From: Candidatus Puniceispirillaceae bacterium
Lineage (GTDB): Bacteria; Pseudomonadota; Alphaproteobacteria; Puniceispirillales; Puniceispirillaceae
DNA length: 24,000 nucleotides
Direction of reading: 5' to 3'
Assembly: GCA_049889355.1 (NCBI GenBank)
Contig: JBMHDN010000032.1
Span: 109,282-133,281 of the forward strand
A program made the position numbers and the translations under genes. Position 1 is the stretch's first letter, and each line of letters starts with the position of its first letter. Below, piece by piece: positions 1 to 7,370 of this stretch. A model generated the notes under the pieces. That model searched no databases. It was not told the origin of the DNA and saw nothing but the letters and a program-made list of their open reading frames with translations.

Positions 1-7
1 ACATGGC

Positions 8-685
8 TCATTCCCCCTGACCTGCCTTCTTTTTCATAGAGCGATTAAAAAGAAAAACACCACCCCAAGTAAAGAGGTAAAAACCCGCCACCATCAGCAT
101 GGCCGGCGTCGGGTCTTCGATGGTGCTCATAGCACCTGCATAGGCGGCAATCAGCGCATAAGGCACCGTGCCCAAGAGCCAGGCTGCTAAAAACCGCCAG
201 AACCCCATACCGGTGAGCCCGGCAAGGCAAGCGGTTATCTCAGGCAACATCGGCACTGCACGTGAGATGAGGATCATCCAAAGGCCATAAGTCTGAAAGG
301 CAGATCTAGCGCGCGCCCTCTCTTCTGGTCTCGGCATCAGCCGCTCAAACAAGCGCAAGCCATAAAGACGGCTGAGCCAAAAGCCTGTGAGACCAGCCAG
401 CAAAAGCCCCAGCACCGCAAAAGCAGCACCGATAATCGGACCCAGCAAAAACCCGGCGATTAACACAGTGGAAAGAGTCGGCACAGATAAAAAGATATCA
501 ATGAAAAGAAGACCGGCTATAACCAGACCGATATAGACCGGCGGGCTATTTTGTGTGGCCAGCAAGGCGTCTTTAATCGCGGCTGGCTGTATCACACCGC
601 TGATATAGCCAAAAACCAGCAAACAGATGAAAAACCCGGCCATCATGGCCATTAATTTAAATAAGGCTGTCATTTCATTCAACAA
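8..685 (-). CDS. DedA / TVP38-TMEM64 (VTT-domain) family integral membrane protein
   Basis: The 225-aa ORF is strongly hydrophobic with about 5-6 helix-length segments. Its layout (FWLSRLYG, then basic loop RPEERARARS, then ISRAVPMLPEITACLAGLTGM) fits the VTT/SNARE-associated domain pattern. The ORF-track start at 685 is TTG and the first ATG is at 673. A 33-nt gap to the upstream cupin gene suggests co-transcription. Confidence 0.7.
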   Translation of the reverse strand: MLNEMTALFKLMAMMAGFFICLLVFGYISGVIQPAAIKDALLATQNSPPVYIGLVIAGLLFIDIFLSVPTLSTVLIAGFLLGPIIGAAFAVLGLLLAGLTGFWLSRLYGLRLFERLMPRPEERARARSAFQTYGLWMILISRAVPMLPEITACLAGLTGMGFWRFLAAWLLGTVPYALIAAYAGAMSTIEDPTPAMLMVAGFYLFTWGGVFLFNRSMKKKAGQGE

Positions 686-718
686 AGCCAGATAGGCGAG
701 ATGCCCGCAGGCCAGTCG

Positions 719-1084
719 CTAGACCCATTTGTCATTTTCGGCCGTGAGGTTGCCGCCAGCTTCGCCTGTATTCACCACGCCGCGCGGTTCAGCTAACAAC
801 ACATGGCATTCCTCATGCGCAAAAGGCTTATGCTGAACCCCTTTTGGAACCACATACATCTCACCCGCGTTAAGTGCCACTGTCTGGTCTGCCATTTCAA
901 TATACATCGTCCCTTCGACCACTAAAAACATCTCGTCTGTATCAGCATGATCATGCCAGACAAATTCGCCTTTGAACTTTGCCAGTTTCAACTGGTAATC
1001 ATTCAGCTCTGCAATCACCCGCGGTGACCAGAAATCAGAAAATTTGCTCAATTTTTCTTTCAGATTAATCGCTGTATCTGGCAT
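719..1084 (-). CDS. small cupin-domain protein (cupin_2 type)
   Basis: The ORF contains WHDHADTDEMFLVVEGTMYIEM...GEMYVVPKGVQHKP, i.e. the two-motif cupin beta-barrel signature G(X)5HXH...E / G(X)5PXG...H. I prefer the ATG at 1084 (MPDTAINLKEK, about 121 aa) because AGGA lies about 8 nt upstream. The ORF track extends to an ATG at 1111 that has no SD. Confidence 0.75.
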   Translation of the reverse strand: MPDTAINLKEKLSKFSDFWSPRVIAELNDYQLKLAKFKGEFVWHDHADTDEMFLVVEGTMYIEMADQTVALNAGEMYVVPKGVQHKPFAHEECHVLLAEPRGVVNTGEAGGNLTAENDKWV

Positions 1085-1161
1085 CAACTCATCCTGTCTA
1101 TAGTCCAACATATCGGTATATCAGCCTGCCCCCAAAGCGGGGTATGCTAGGGGCTGTTATC

Positions 1162-1293
1162 TTAAAAGCTGGTCAGCGCATACCAGATGACAAATAAAAT
1201 CCAGCCCATCAGATTCAATTCAAAGACCAGCAGATAAAAAATGATGGTGCCAACACACAAAAAGACTAAATTTTTGATGAAGGCTTTATCCAA
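1162..1293 (-). CDS. possible 43-aa small hydrophobic (two-helix) peptide, TTG start
   Basis: My own translation of the minus strand gives (TTG)DKAFIKNLVFLCVGTIIFYLLVFELNLMGWILFVIWYALTSF*. The frame is open from 1341, has no in-frame ATG and has a weak RBS. It is below the ORF-track size cut-off and may be a remnant or non-coding. Confidence 0.2.
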   Translation of the reverse strand: MDKAFIKNLVFLCVGTIIFYLLVFELNLMGWILFVIWYALTSF

Positions 1294-1333
1294 GGCATCT
1301 ATTCCACTGTCTTTGAATATGGTTGAATAAGGA

Positions 1334-2029
1334 TTAAGATTTTATCTTCTCCTTTATCCACTCCGAACTTCTTGGAAAATAGCTAAATCTACTCAGATGA
1401 GGAACACTAAATAAAAAAACTTTCTCTAATTTTAATTTATCTGCCTCTATTGCACCAACGTTTAAGGTACATATTTTTCGTTGAGGATTGGGTTTCAATT
1501 CAATTTCGCAATACTCATTCACAATCATCTTATTCTTAAAAAAATCATTTGCTCTTTTTCCGTTACAGATAACAAATCTAGGTTTTACTAATGACAATAT
1601 GAATTTATGGACTTGCCAACAAAGTTCTTCATCTACTTTGCGTAAATTGTTATCGTAACTATCTTCATCTACCGTTCTTACAAAACTAATATTTGAGGAA
1701 CATACTGTCTTTAGGTCAGGTGGAAGATCGGCAAATAATTGCTTTATTCTTTTCTGATGGGTATGGAGACCAGGTGGTTGGGGTTTTCCCCTTGCAAACC
1801 AAATACCCTCTGAAAACTCGTTAAAATTCTCATTTTTACGAAGTAAATGGTTTTCTATCGTATCTTCTTCTGGATTTTCAAATTGGTTACTTGAACCTCC
1901 AGGATTTGAACCCAGAAAATACCAATCACCTTTTTTTAAGGTATGGTTTGCTGAATACAAAAGTGACCCAGGGCGGTTGTTCAATCCTGTATCAATTAAT
2001 AATTTTTTAATTGATTCAATCTCTTCCAT
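1334..2029 (-). CDS. orphan 231-aa protein of the low-GC islet; candidate divergent uracil-DNA-glycosylase-superfamily (MUG/SMUG-like) fold
   Basis: This is an intact ATG-initiated ORF in DNA of about 30-35% GC. Its motif order is WYFLGSNPGG (compare GINPGL in MUG, GMNPGP in SMUG1), then VCSSNISFVRT (compare GVTKLVDRPT in MUG), then PRFVICNGKRANDFF (compare PQALAILGKQAYEQGF), then LFSVPHLSRFS (compare WVLPNPSGLS / HPSPRN). The comparison sequences are recalled from memory and no search was run. Confidence that it is coding is about 0.7; the figure given here is for the fold assignment. Confidence 0.45.
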   Translation of the reverse strand: MEEIESIKKLLIDTGLNNRPGSLLYSANHTLKKGDWYFLGSNPGGSSNQFENPEEDTIENHLLRKNENFNEFSEGIWFARGKPQPPGLHTHQKRIKQLFADLPPDLKTVCSSNISFVRTVDEDSYDNNLRKVDEELCWQVHKFILSLVKPRFVICNGKRANDFFKNKMIVNEYCEIELKPNPQRKICTLNVGAIEADKLKLEKVFLFSVPHLSRFSYFPRSSEWIKEKIKS

Positions 2030-2082
2030 ATATAAATTCTAGCATTCTATTCTTTCTTTTCCCATTCAATTTTCAATTTCCT

Positions 2083-2283
2083 CTACACAAGATCATATTC
2101 CACATGGAGGGATTCTAATCTCTCCTTTTTTTGACGATGTTTCTTGAGGACGGAATAAACAGAGTTTCCAGTTTCACCCCACCATTTTCCAATTTGAGTA
2201 GTGATACCTCTCTCAGTGAGGAGTTTAGTCATTTTGCCATAAGACATACCACCGTCCTGCAAAGACTTAATGTGATCATACAA
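2083..2283 (-). pseudogene. remnant of a serine-recombinase 'Recombinase'/HTH domain (integrase fragment), no ATG start
   Basis: The translation KELYDHIKSLQDGGMSYGKMTKLLTERGITTQIGKWWGETGNSVYSVLKKH follows the pattern A..V..IF.l...G.S...IA..LN..GI.T..GK.W....V..IL of large serine recombinases. No N-terminal resolvase catalytic domain is present. The ORF-track start is TTG. My translation shows the frame stays open upstream (…NRTNSFAKRNSDRYFARQ…) through the glmS stop without any ATG. This indicates a truncated gene. Confidence 0.5.
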
Positions 2284-2401
2284 TTCTTTTTGTCTTGCAA
2301 AATATCTATCACTATTGCGCTTAGCAAAGCTATTAGTCCGGTTTGAAACTTGAAAACAGAGATAATGAGAGTGTCTTGGTTCGCCAAATCCGTATTGGGA
2401 A

Positions 2402-4222
2402 TTACTCGACTGTAACCGATTTGGCGAGGTTGCGGGGCTGGTCTACGTCCGTGCCTTTTTCAACCGCGGTCAGATAGGCCAGAATCTGGGCAGGTATCGC
2501 CAGAATAATTGGTGCAACCAGCGGATCACATTCATCGAGTACCACCATATCACTGGCAAAATCCACCTGTGCAGCCGCTTCTTTTGTTGCGATCAGGATC
2601 ACCTCACCGCCGCGTGCTTCGGCTTCGCGCAAATTACTGGCCGACTTGGCAGACACCTCATCATTGCTAAGCATGGCAACAACCGGCAGCCCCTCTTCTA
2701 TCAATGCAATCGGCCCATGTTTCATCTCACCAGAAGCAAAGCCTTCTGCGTGGATATAAGAGAGCTCTTTGAGCTTTAGCGCACCTTCCATGGCCAGCGG
2801 GAACAGCATATCTCGGCCTAAAAACAGGCAGGAGCGTGCAGTGGTCAGCCGCTGGGCAACCGGCCGGATCGCATCAAACAAACCCGTTGCACGCCCGACC
2901 GCGCCAGGTACCCGCATCAGCAAATCATGGATCCGCGCTTCTTCAGCCGCCTCTAGCGTGCCATGTGCCCGGCCAAGAGCAACTGCAAGGCTGAGCAAGG
3001 CCGTGAGCTGGGCGGTAAACGCCTTGGTTGAGGCAACCCCAATTTCAGGACCGGCTCTGGTCGGGATGACCGCATCTGCCTCTCTGGCAATCGTCGATTG
3101 ATCAACATTGACCATGCCATAGGTTTTAAGCCCCATCTCTGCGCCATGGCGCATCGCCATTAGCGTATCAAGTGACTCGCCTGATTGTGAGATGACCAGC
3201 ACTGCACCGCCATTTACGGCAACAGGATGGCGATATCGATATTCAGAGGCGACCTCGACAACACACGGGATACCTGCAAGACGTTCAATCCAATAGCGGC
3301 CAATCTGGCCAGCATAATTGCTGGTCCCAGCCGCCAGAATGGTCAGATGCTTAATCTCACTTAATTGTTCATGACTGAGCGCGGCAGAGAGCCGACCTTC
3401 CCCATCTGTCATCGCAGACAGCGTATGGGCAATAGCATCAGGCTGTTCATGGATTTCCTTTTCCATGAAATGACGATAGCCAGCCTTATCAACCAAAATA
3501 GGGCTGGCAGTGGTGATGATCACTTCCCGATTTGCAGGCGCGCCTGACAGGTCAAATATCTCGGCCTCGCCTTTGCGGATGACCGCGTAATCCCCATCTT
3601 TTAAATAGATGATACGGCGGGTGAGATGGGCCATTGCAGCCGCATCTGAGGCAATGAAGCTTTCGCCGTCACCAAGGCCAATCGCCAGCGGTGAGGCATT
3701 GCGTGCCACCATCATAGAATCTGGATAATCTGTGCTAATGGCGGCCAGCGCATAGGCCCCTTCAATTTGGTCCAAAACCGAGGCAATGGCTTTTTCAGGG
3801 GTTAATCCAGATGACAGCGCGATATCAAATAAATGGGCCAGCACTTCAGAATCAGTATCGCTGGCAAATGAAATCCCCTTTGTGCTTAATTCAGCACGGA
3901 GCTCTGCGTAATTTTCAATAATCCCATTATGGACAATGGCGATTTTATCGCCGGCCATATGGGGGTGGGCGTTTGCCTCTGTCACGCCGCCATGGGTGGC
4001 CCAGCGTGTATGGCCGATTGCCAGATGACCGCTGAGCGGAGAGCCATTTAATTTTGCATCCAGTTCGGCGAGCTTGCCAACCGCGCGGCTGACCGCAAGG
4101 CCAGTCTCAGAAATGGCCGCGATCCCCGAGGAATCATAGCCACGATATTCCAACCTTTTGAGCGCATCTAACAAGATAGGGGCAGCATTTTGATCGCCAA
4201 TCTGTCCAACTATACCGCACAT
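2402..4222 (-). CDS. glmS: glutamine--fructose-6-phosphate aminotransferase (isomerizing)
   Basis: The 606-aa protein has the N-terminal MCGIVG (Ntn Cys nucleophile), a GATase-2 domain, two SIS domains and the canonical C-terminus ...LAKSVTVE. A GAGG SD lies upstream of the ATG at 4222. Confidence 0.97.
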   Translation of the reverse strand: MCGIVGQIGDQNAAPILLDALKRLEYRGYDSSGIAAISETGLAVSRAVGKLAELDAKLNGSPLSGHLAIGHTRWATHGGVTEANAHPHMAGDKIAIVHNGIIENYAELRAELSTKGISFASDTDSEVLAHLFDIALSSGLTPEKAIASVLDQIEGAYALAAISTDYPDSMMVARNASPLAIGLGDGESFIASDAAAMAHLTRRIIYLKDGDYAVIRKGEAEIFDLSGAPANREVIITTASPILVDKAGYRHFMEKEIHEQPDAIAHTLSAMTDGEGRLSAALSHEQLSEIKHLTILAAGTSNYAGQIGRYWIERLAGIPCVVEVASEYRYRHPVAVNGGAVLVISQSGESLDTLMAMRHGAEMGLKTYGMVNVDQSTIAREADAVIPTRAGPEIGVASTKAFTAQLTALLSLAVALGRAHGTLEAAEEARIHDLLMRVPGAVGRATGLFDAIRPVAQRLTTARSCLFLGRDMLFPLAMEGALKLKELSYIHAEGFASGEMKHGPIALIEEGLPVVAMLSNDEVSAKSASNLREAEARGGEVILIATKEAAAQVDFASDMVVLDECDPLVAPIILAIPAQILAYLTAVEKGTDVDQPRNLAKSVTVE

Positions 4223-4407
4223 ATCGAACCTCGTTTAACCTAGCCGTTAGCATGATGAGCAACAAGGTGGGATAACACACCACCTTCTTTTCATGGGCTT
4301 ACCATAAAAAACACCCTAAATCAGGCAGAAATTTGCTACAACCAAGATATCTGGATATATCTGTAGTTGCTGAACATTTGGGCAATAAAAAAGACAGTAG
4401 GGACGTT

Positions 4408-5739
4408 ATGGCATTCACCGCTATTATTTTGGCTGCAGGCAAAGGCAGCCGGCTCAAATCAAACCTTCCAAAGCCCCTACACCGCGTCGGTGGTCACCCG
4501 ATGCTGGGCTGGGTCATAGATAGCGCAACCTCAGCAGGCGCAACGCAAATCATCCCTGTAATTTCAAAGGACAGCCCTGCCCTCGAAGCCTATTTGAGCG
4601 ATTTTGAAGTCGCCATTCAGGACCCGCCACTTGGCACAGGTCATGCGGTATTGGCCGCCTCAGCCCATATCAAAGATAAATCAAAGCCGCTCATCATCTT
4701 ATTTGGCGACACCCCGCTTATCAGCGCAGCTAGTATCTCAGCCCTCGCCAAGACCATTGAAGAAGGTCTTGATATCTGTGTGGTAGGCTTTGAGACAGAG
4801 ACCCCGAAAGGCTATGGCCGGCTGGTCTTTGATGGTTCAGGCCAGCTCACCCGTATTGTTGAAGAATCTGAGGCCAGTTCCGCTGAAAAGGAAATCACAA
4901 CAGTGAATGGCGGGATGATGGCAGGGCGTGCAGATGTGATGCTCAGCTTGCTTGAAACCCTCTCGCCAGACAATTCACAAGGCGAGATTTTCCTGACCGA
5001 TATTGTCGCCTCAGGTCATGCAGCAGGTCACAAGATTAACGCTATCTTCATCGACCAATCTGAAATATCTGGCGTCAATAGCCGTGCTGACCTGGCGCAT
5101 ATTGAAACGTTGCTACAACATAAATTACGCGCCGCCGCAATGGCACAAGGGGCCACGCTGATTGCCCCTGAAACGGTGTTTTTATCAAGCGATACCGTCT
5201 TAGAGCGTGATGTGGTTATCGAACCGCATGTGGTGTTCGGAGCTGGCGTCCATATTGGTGAAGGCAGCATCATCAAAGCTTTTTCACATCTTGAAGGGGT
5301 GCAGACAAAAGCCTGCTGTGTTATCGGGCCTTATGCGAGACTGCGGCCGGGCACTGAACTGGATGAAGGCGTGAAAATCGGCAATTTCGTTGAAACCAAA
5401 AAAGCCCGCATTGCGGCCGGGGCGAAAGTCAACCACCTCTCTTATATCGGCGATGCAGAGGTCGGAGAGCAAGCCAATATCGGGGCGGGCACCATCACGT
5501 GTAATTATGATGGGTTTAACAAACATCAGACTCTTATCGGTGCTGGTGCGTTTATTGGCTCAAATACCGCGCTGGTAGCACCTGTATCGGTGGGAGCTGG
5601 TGCGATTATTGGTGCAGGCTCAACCATCACCAAAAATGTACCAGATGACGGTCTAGGCCTAACAAGAGCACCGCAAGCCAATTCAGAAAATATGGCCGAT
5701 AAGCTGCGTCAGCGCTTTCAAAAAGCCAAGAAAAAATAA
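4408..5739 (+). CDS. glmU: bifunctional UDP-N-acetylglucosamine pyrophosphorylase / glucosamine-1-phosphate N-acetyltransferase
   Basis: The N-terminus reads AIILAAGKGSRLKS..LPK (nucleotidyltransferase signature). The C-terminal half consists of hexapeptide left-handed beta-helix repeats (IGEGSII, IGPYARL, IGNFVE, IGAGTIT, IGAGAFIG, VGAGAIIGAGS). The true start is probably the ATG at 4408 (AGGGA SD about 6 nt upstream); the ORF-track start at 4333 is an upstream TTG. Confidence 0.95.
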   Translation: MAFTAIILAAGKGSRLKSNLPKPLHRVGGHPMLGWVIDSATSAGATQIIPVISKDSPALEAYLSDFEVAIQDPPLGTGHAVLAASAHIKDKSKPLIILFGDTPLISAASISALAKTIEEGLDICVVGFETETPKGYGRLVFDGSGQLTRIVEESEASSAEKEITTVNGGMMAGRADVMLSLLETLSPDNSQGEIFLTDIVASGHAAGHKINAIFIDQSEISGVNSRADLAHIETLLQHKLRAAAMAQGATLIAPETVFLSSDTVLERDVVIEPHVVFGAGVHIGEGSIIKAFSHLEGVQTKACCVIGPYARLRPGTELDEGVKIGNFVETKKARIAAGAKVNHLSYIGDAEVGEQANIGAGTITCNYDGFNKHQTLIGAGAFIGSNTALVAPVSVGAGAIIGAGSTITKNVPDDGLGLTRAPQANSENMADKLRQRFQKAKKK

Positions 5740-5766
5740 TGTAATAAGCCTGAGGAATGCTGATCC

Positions 5767-7296
5767 ATGGCCGGAAACATCGACAAAAAACATCATGCGC
5801 ATCTCGCAACCTCTCTGGTGGCAGAAATGCTGGATAATTTGCATGACAAAAAGCTGTTGGTTATCGGTGATGTGATGCTGGACCAATTTGTAGATGGTGT
5901 GGTGAATCGCATGTCGCCAGAAGCGCCAGTTCCGGTCTTATCGCGCTCACATACACAAAAAATGCCAGGTGGTGCAGCCAATGTCGCAGGCAACCTGGCG
6001 CATCTGGGTTTAGAGGTGATATTGATAGGTCTGGTCGGCAATGATGCCGCGGGTCAGGATTTACAGGCTGAACTGGCAAAACTACCACGGCTGTTATTTA
6101 TGCCTGTTCAAGATGAGAGCCGGCCAACCACTCAAAAAATCCGCTTTCGTTCTGGTGGCCAGCAAATGCTGAGAGTAGATGATGAATCTACACAAGATGC
6201 AAATCTTGATATTGAAGCGCAAATCATCGCCCGAACGCGCGCACTTATAGATGATGTGGACGCCATCATTTTATCTGACTATGCCAAAGGATGTTTGACT
6301 CAAACAACCATCCAAAATGTTATCAAAGCTGCGGGTGAAGCAGGCAAGGCGGTGATACTTGACCCGAAATCGCCTGATTTCGGACTTTATAAGGGAGCGG
6401 ATATCTTAACCCCTAATCTGTCTGAATTATGCAAAGCCGCAGGTCGCAACCTGACAAACCACCAAGATATTGCAACTGCGGCCATTCATTTATGCCAGAT
6501 GCATGATATTGGGCATATGTTGGTGACCTTAAGCGGTGATGGGATGATGCTTGTCTCAGCTTCTGATGAGGCGGGCGACACTGCACTTCATCTGCCGGCC
6601 AAGGCTGTTGAGGTGTTTGATGTGTCAGGTGCGGGTGATACGGTTGTGGCCGCTCTATCAGCGGGCCTTGTAGCATCTCTGCCTGTTGCAAAGGCGATGA
6701 GCCTGGCCAATCTGGCAGCTGGCATTGTGGTGGGCAAATCCGGTACCGCTATTGTGAGCCCTGGTGAGTTGCTTGCAGAAAATATCCTGCAATCTGCAGG
6801 AGGCAAAAAAGAGGTGGAAGACGATACCTCTACCCCGCTATCTGGTCCAGATAATTGGGAACAATTGGTACAACAAACCCGCCTATGGCAAAATCAGGGC
6901 CTGCATGTTGGTATCACAAATGGCTGTTTTGATTTGCTTCATCCCGGACATTTGCATGTGATCCGACAAGCCGCCACCTACTGCGACAAGCTGATTGTAG
7001 CCATTAATACAGATCGATCTGTCAAAATCTTAAAAGGGCCATCACGCCCCCAACAAAATCAGACAGAACGCATGGCTGTTCTCCAACATCTGCCGGCGGT
7101 ATCTGCTGTGGTGGTTTTTGATGAAGAAACACCGGCTGCATTATTTGAAGCGCTCAGACCAAATGTGCTGATAAAGGGCGGCGATTATAAAGCAGAAGAA
7201 CTGGTCGGCTATGACCAGATTATCGGTGATGGCGGGGCGGTGCATATCATTGATACCCTGCCCGGTCATTCAACCACCAATTTGCTGGAATCTTAA
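5767..7296 (+). CDS. hldE: bifunctional D-beta-D-heptose 7-phosphate kinase / D-beta-D-heptose 1-phosphate adenylyltransferase
   Basis: The N-terminal domain is a PfkB/ribokinase-like kinase (LVIGDVMLDQF..., DVSGAGDTVVA). The C-terminal domain is a cytidylyltransferase-like domain with the TNGCFDLLHPGH (HxGH) motif. It lies 27 nt after glmU, so the two are probably co-transcribed. Confidence 0.93.
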   Translation: MAGNIDKKHHAHLATSLVAEMLDNLHDKKLLVIGDVMLDQFVDGVVNRMSPEAPVPVLSRSHTQKMPGGAANVAGNLAHLGLEVILIGLVGNDAAGQDLQAELAKLPRLLFMPVQDESRPTTQKIRFRSGGQQMLRVDDESTQDANLDIEAQIIARTRALIDDVDAIILSDYAKGCLTQTTIQNVIKAAGEAGKAVILDPKSPDFGLYKGADILTPNLSELCKAAGRNLTNHQDIATAAIHLCQMHDIGHMLVTLSGDGMMLVSASDEAGDTALHLPAKAVEVFDVSGAGDTVVAALSAGLVASLPVAKAMSLANLAAGIVVGKSGTAIVSPGELLAENILQSAGGKKEVEDDTSTPLSGPDNWEQLVQQTRLWQNQGLHVGITNGCFDLLHPGHLHVIRQAATYCDKLIVAINTDRSVKILKGPSRPQQNQTERMAVLQHLPAVSAVVVFDEETPAALFEALRPNVLIKGGDYKAEELVGYDQIIGDGGAVHIIDTLPGHSTTNLLES

Positions 7297-7314
7297 AAAG
7301 ACTTTTGAGATGAC

Positions 7315-7348
7315 CAAAAAAAGGGCTGGAAAATACCCAGCCCTTTTT
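7315..7348. terminator. bidirectional rho-independent terminator between convergent hldE and sbmA/bacA
   Basis: AAAAAAA-GGGCTGG-aaaatac-CCAGCCC-TTTTTT: a perfect 7-bp GC-rich stem flanked by an A-run and a T-run. Confidence 0.85.
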
Positions 7349-7370
7349 TCTCAATATATTCAGCGCTTTA

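Noticed and set aside
2131-2346. A 71-aa plus-strand ORF in the islet.
   Set aside because: It is entirely antisense to the recombinase-like fragment. Its low-complexity Ser/Leu/Phe-rich translation is typical of AT-rich shadow frames, and it has no RBS.
1130-2401. An intact Tn7 or Tn7-like (including CRISPR-associated) transposon downstream of glmS.
   Set aside because: The islet is only about 1.2 kb. It has no ORFs of TnsA/B/C/D size or type, no recognisable multi-copy TnsB-binding end repeats and no CRISPR array. Only the insertion-site geometry is Tn7-like, and the sole mobility remnant is serine-recombinase-like.
2769-3547. Antisense and alternate-frame ORFs inside glmS (2769-3101 +, 2953-3147 -, 3365-3547 +). 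Analogous ones occur inside bacA (7455-7865 +), mrdA (10160-10627 +, 10767-11072 +), mreB (13507-13845 +), ilvN, ilvI, serB (19641-20000 -) and degP (20700-21128 +).
   Set aside because: All are nested in strongly supported conserved genes. Their translations are Ala/Arg/Ser/Pro-rich shadow-frame products typical of mid/high-GC antisense frames, and none shows recognisable motifs.
4223-4330. A glmS ribozyme or riboswitch in the glmS leader.
   Set aside because: The glmS ribozyme is a roughly 170-nt nested-pseudoknot element characteristic of Gram-positives. This leader offers one simple 7-bp hairpin and too little conserved-looking structure, and the context is alphaproteobacterial.
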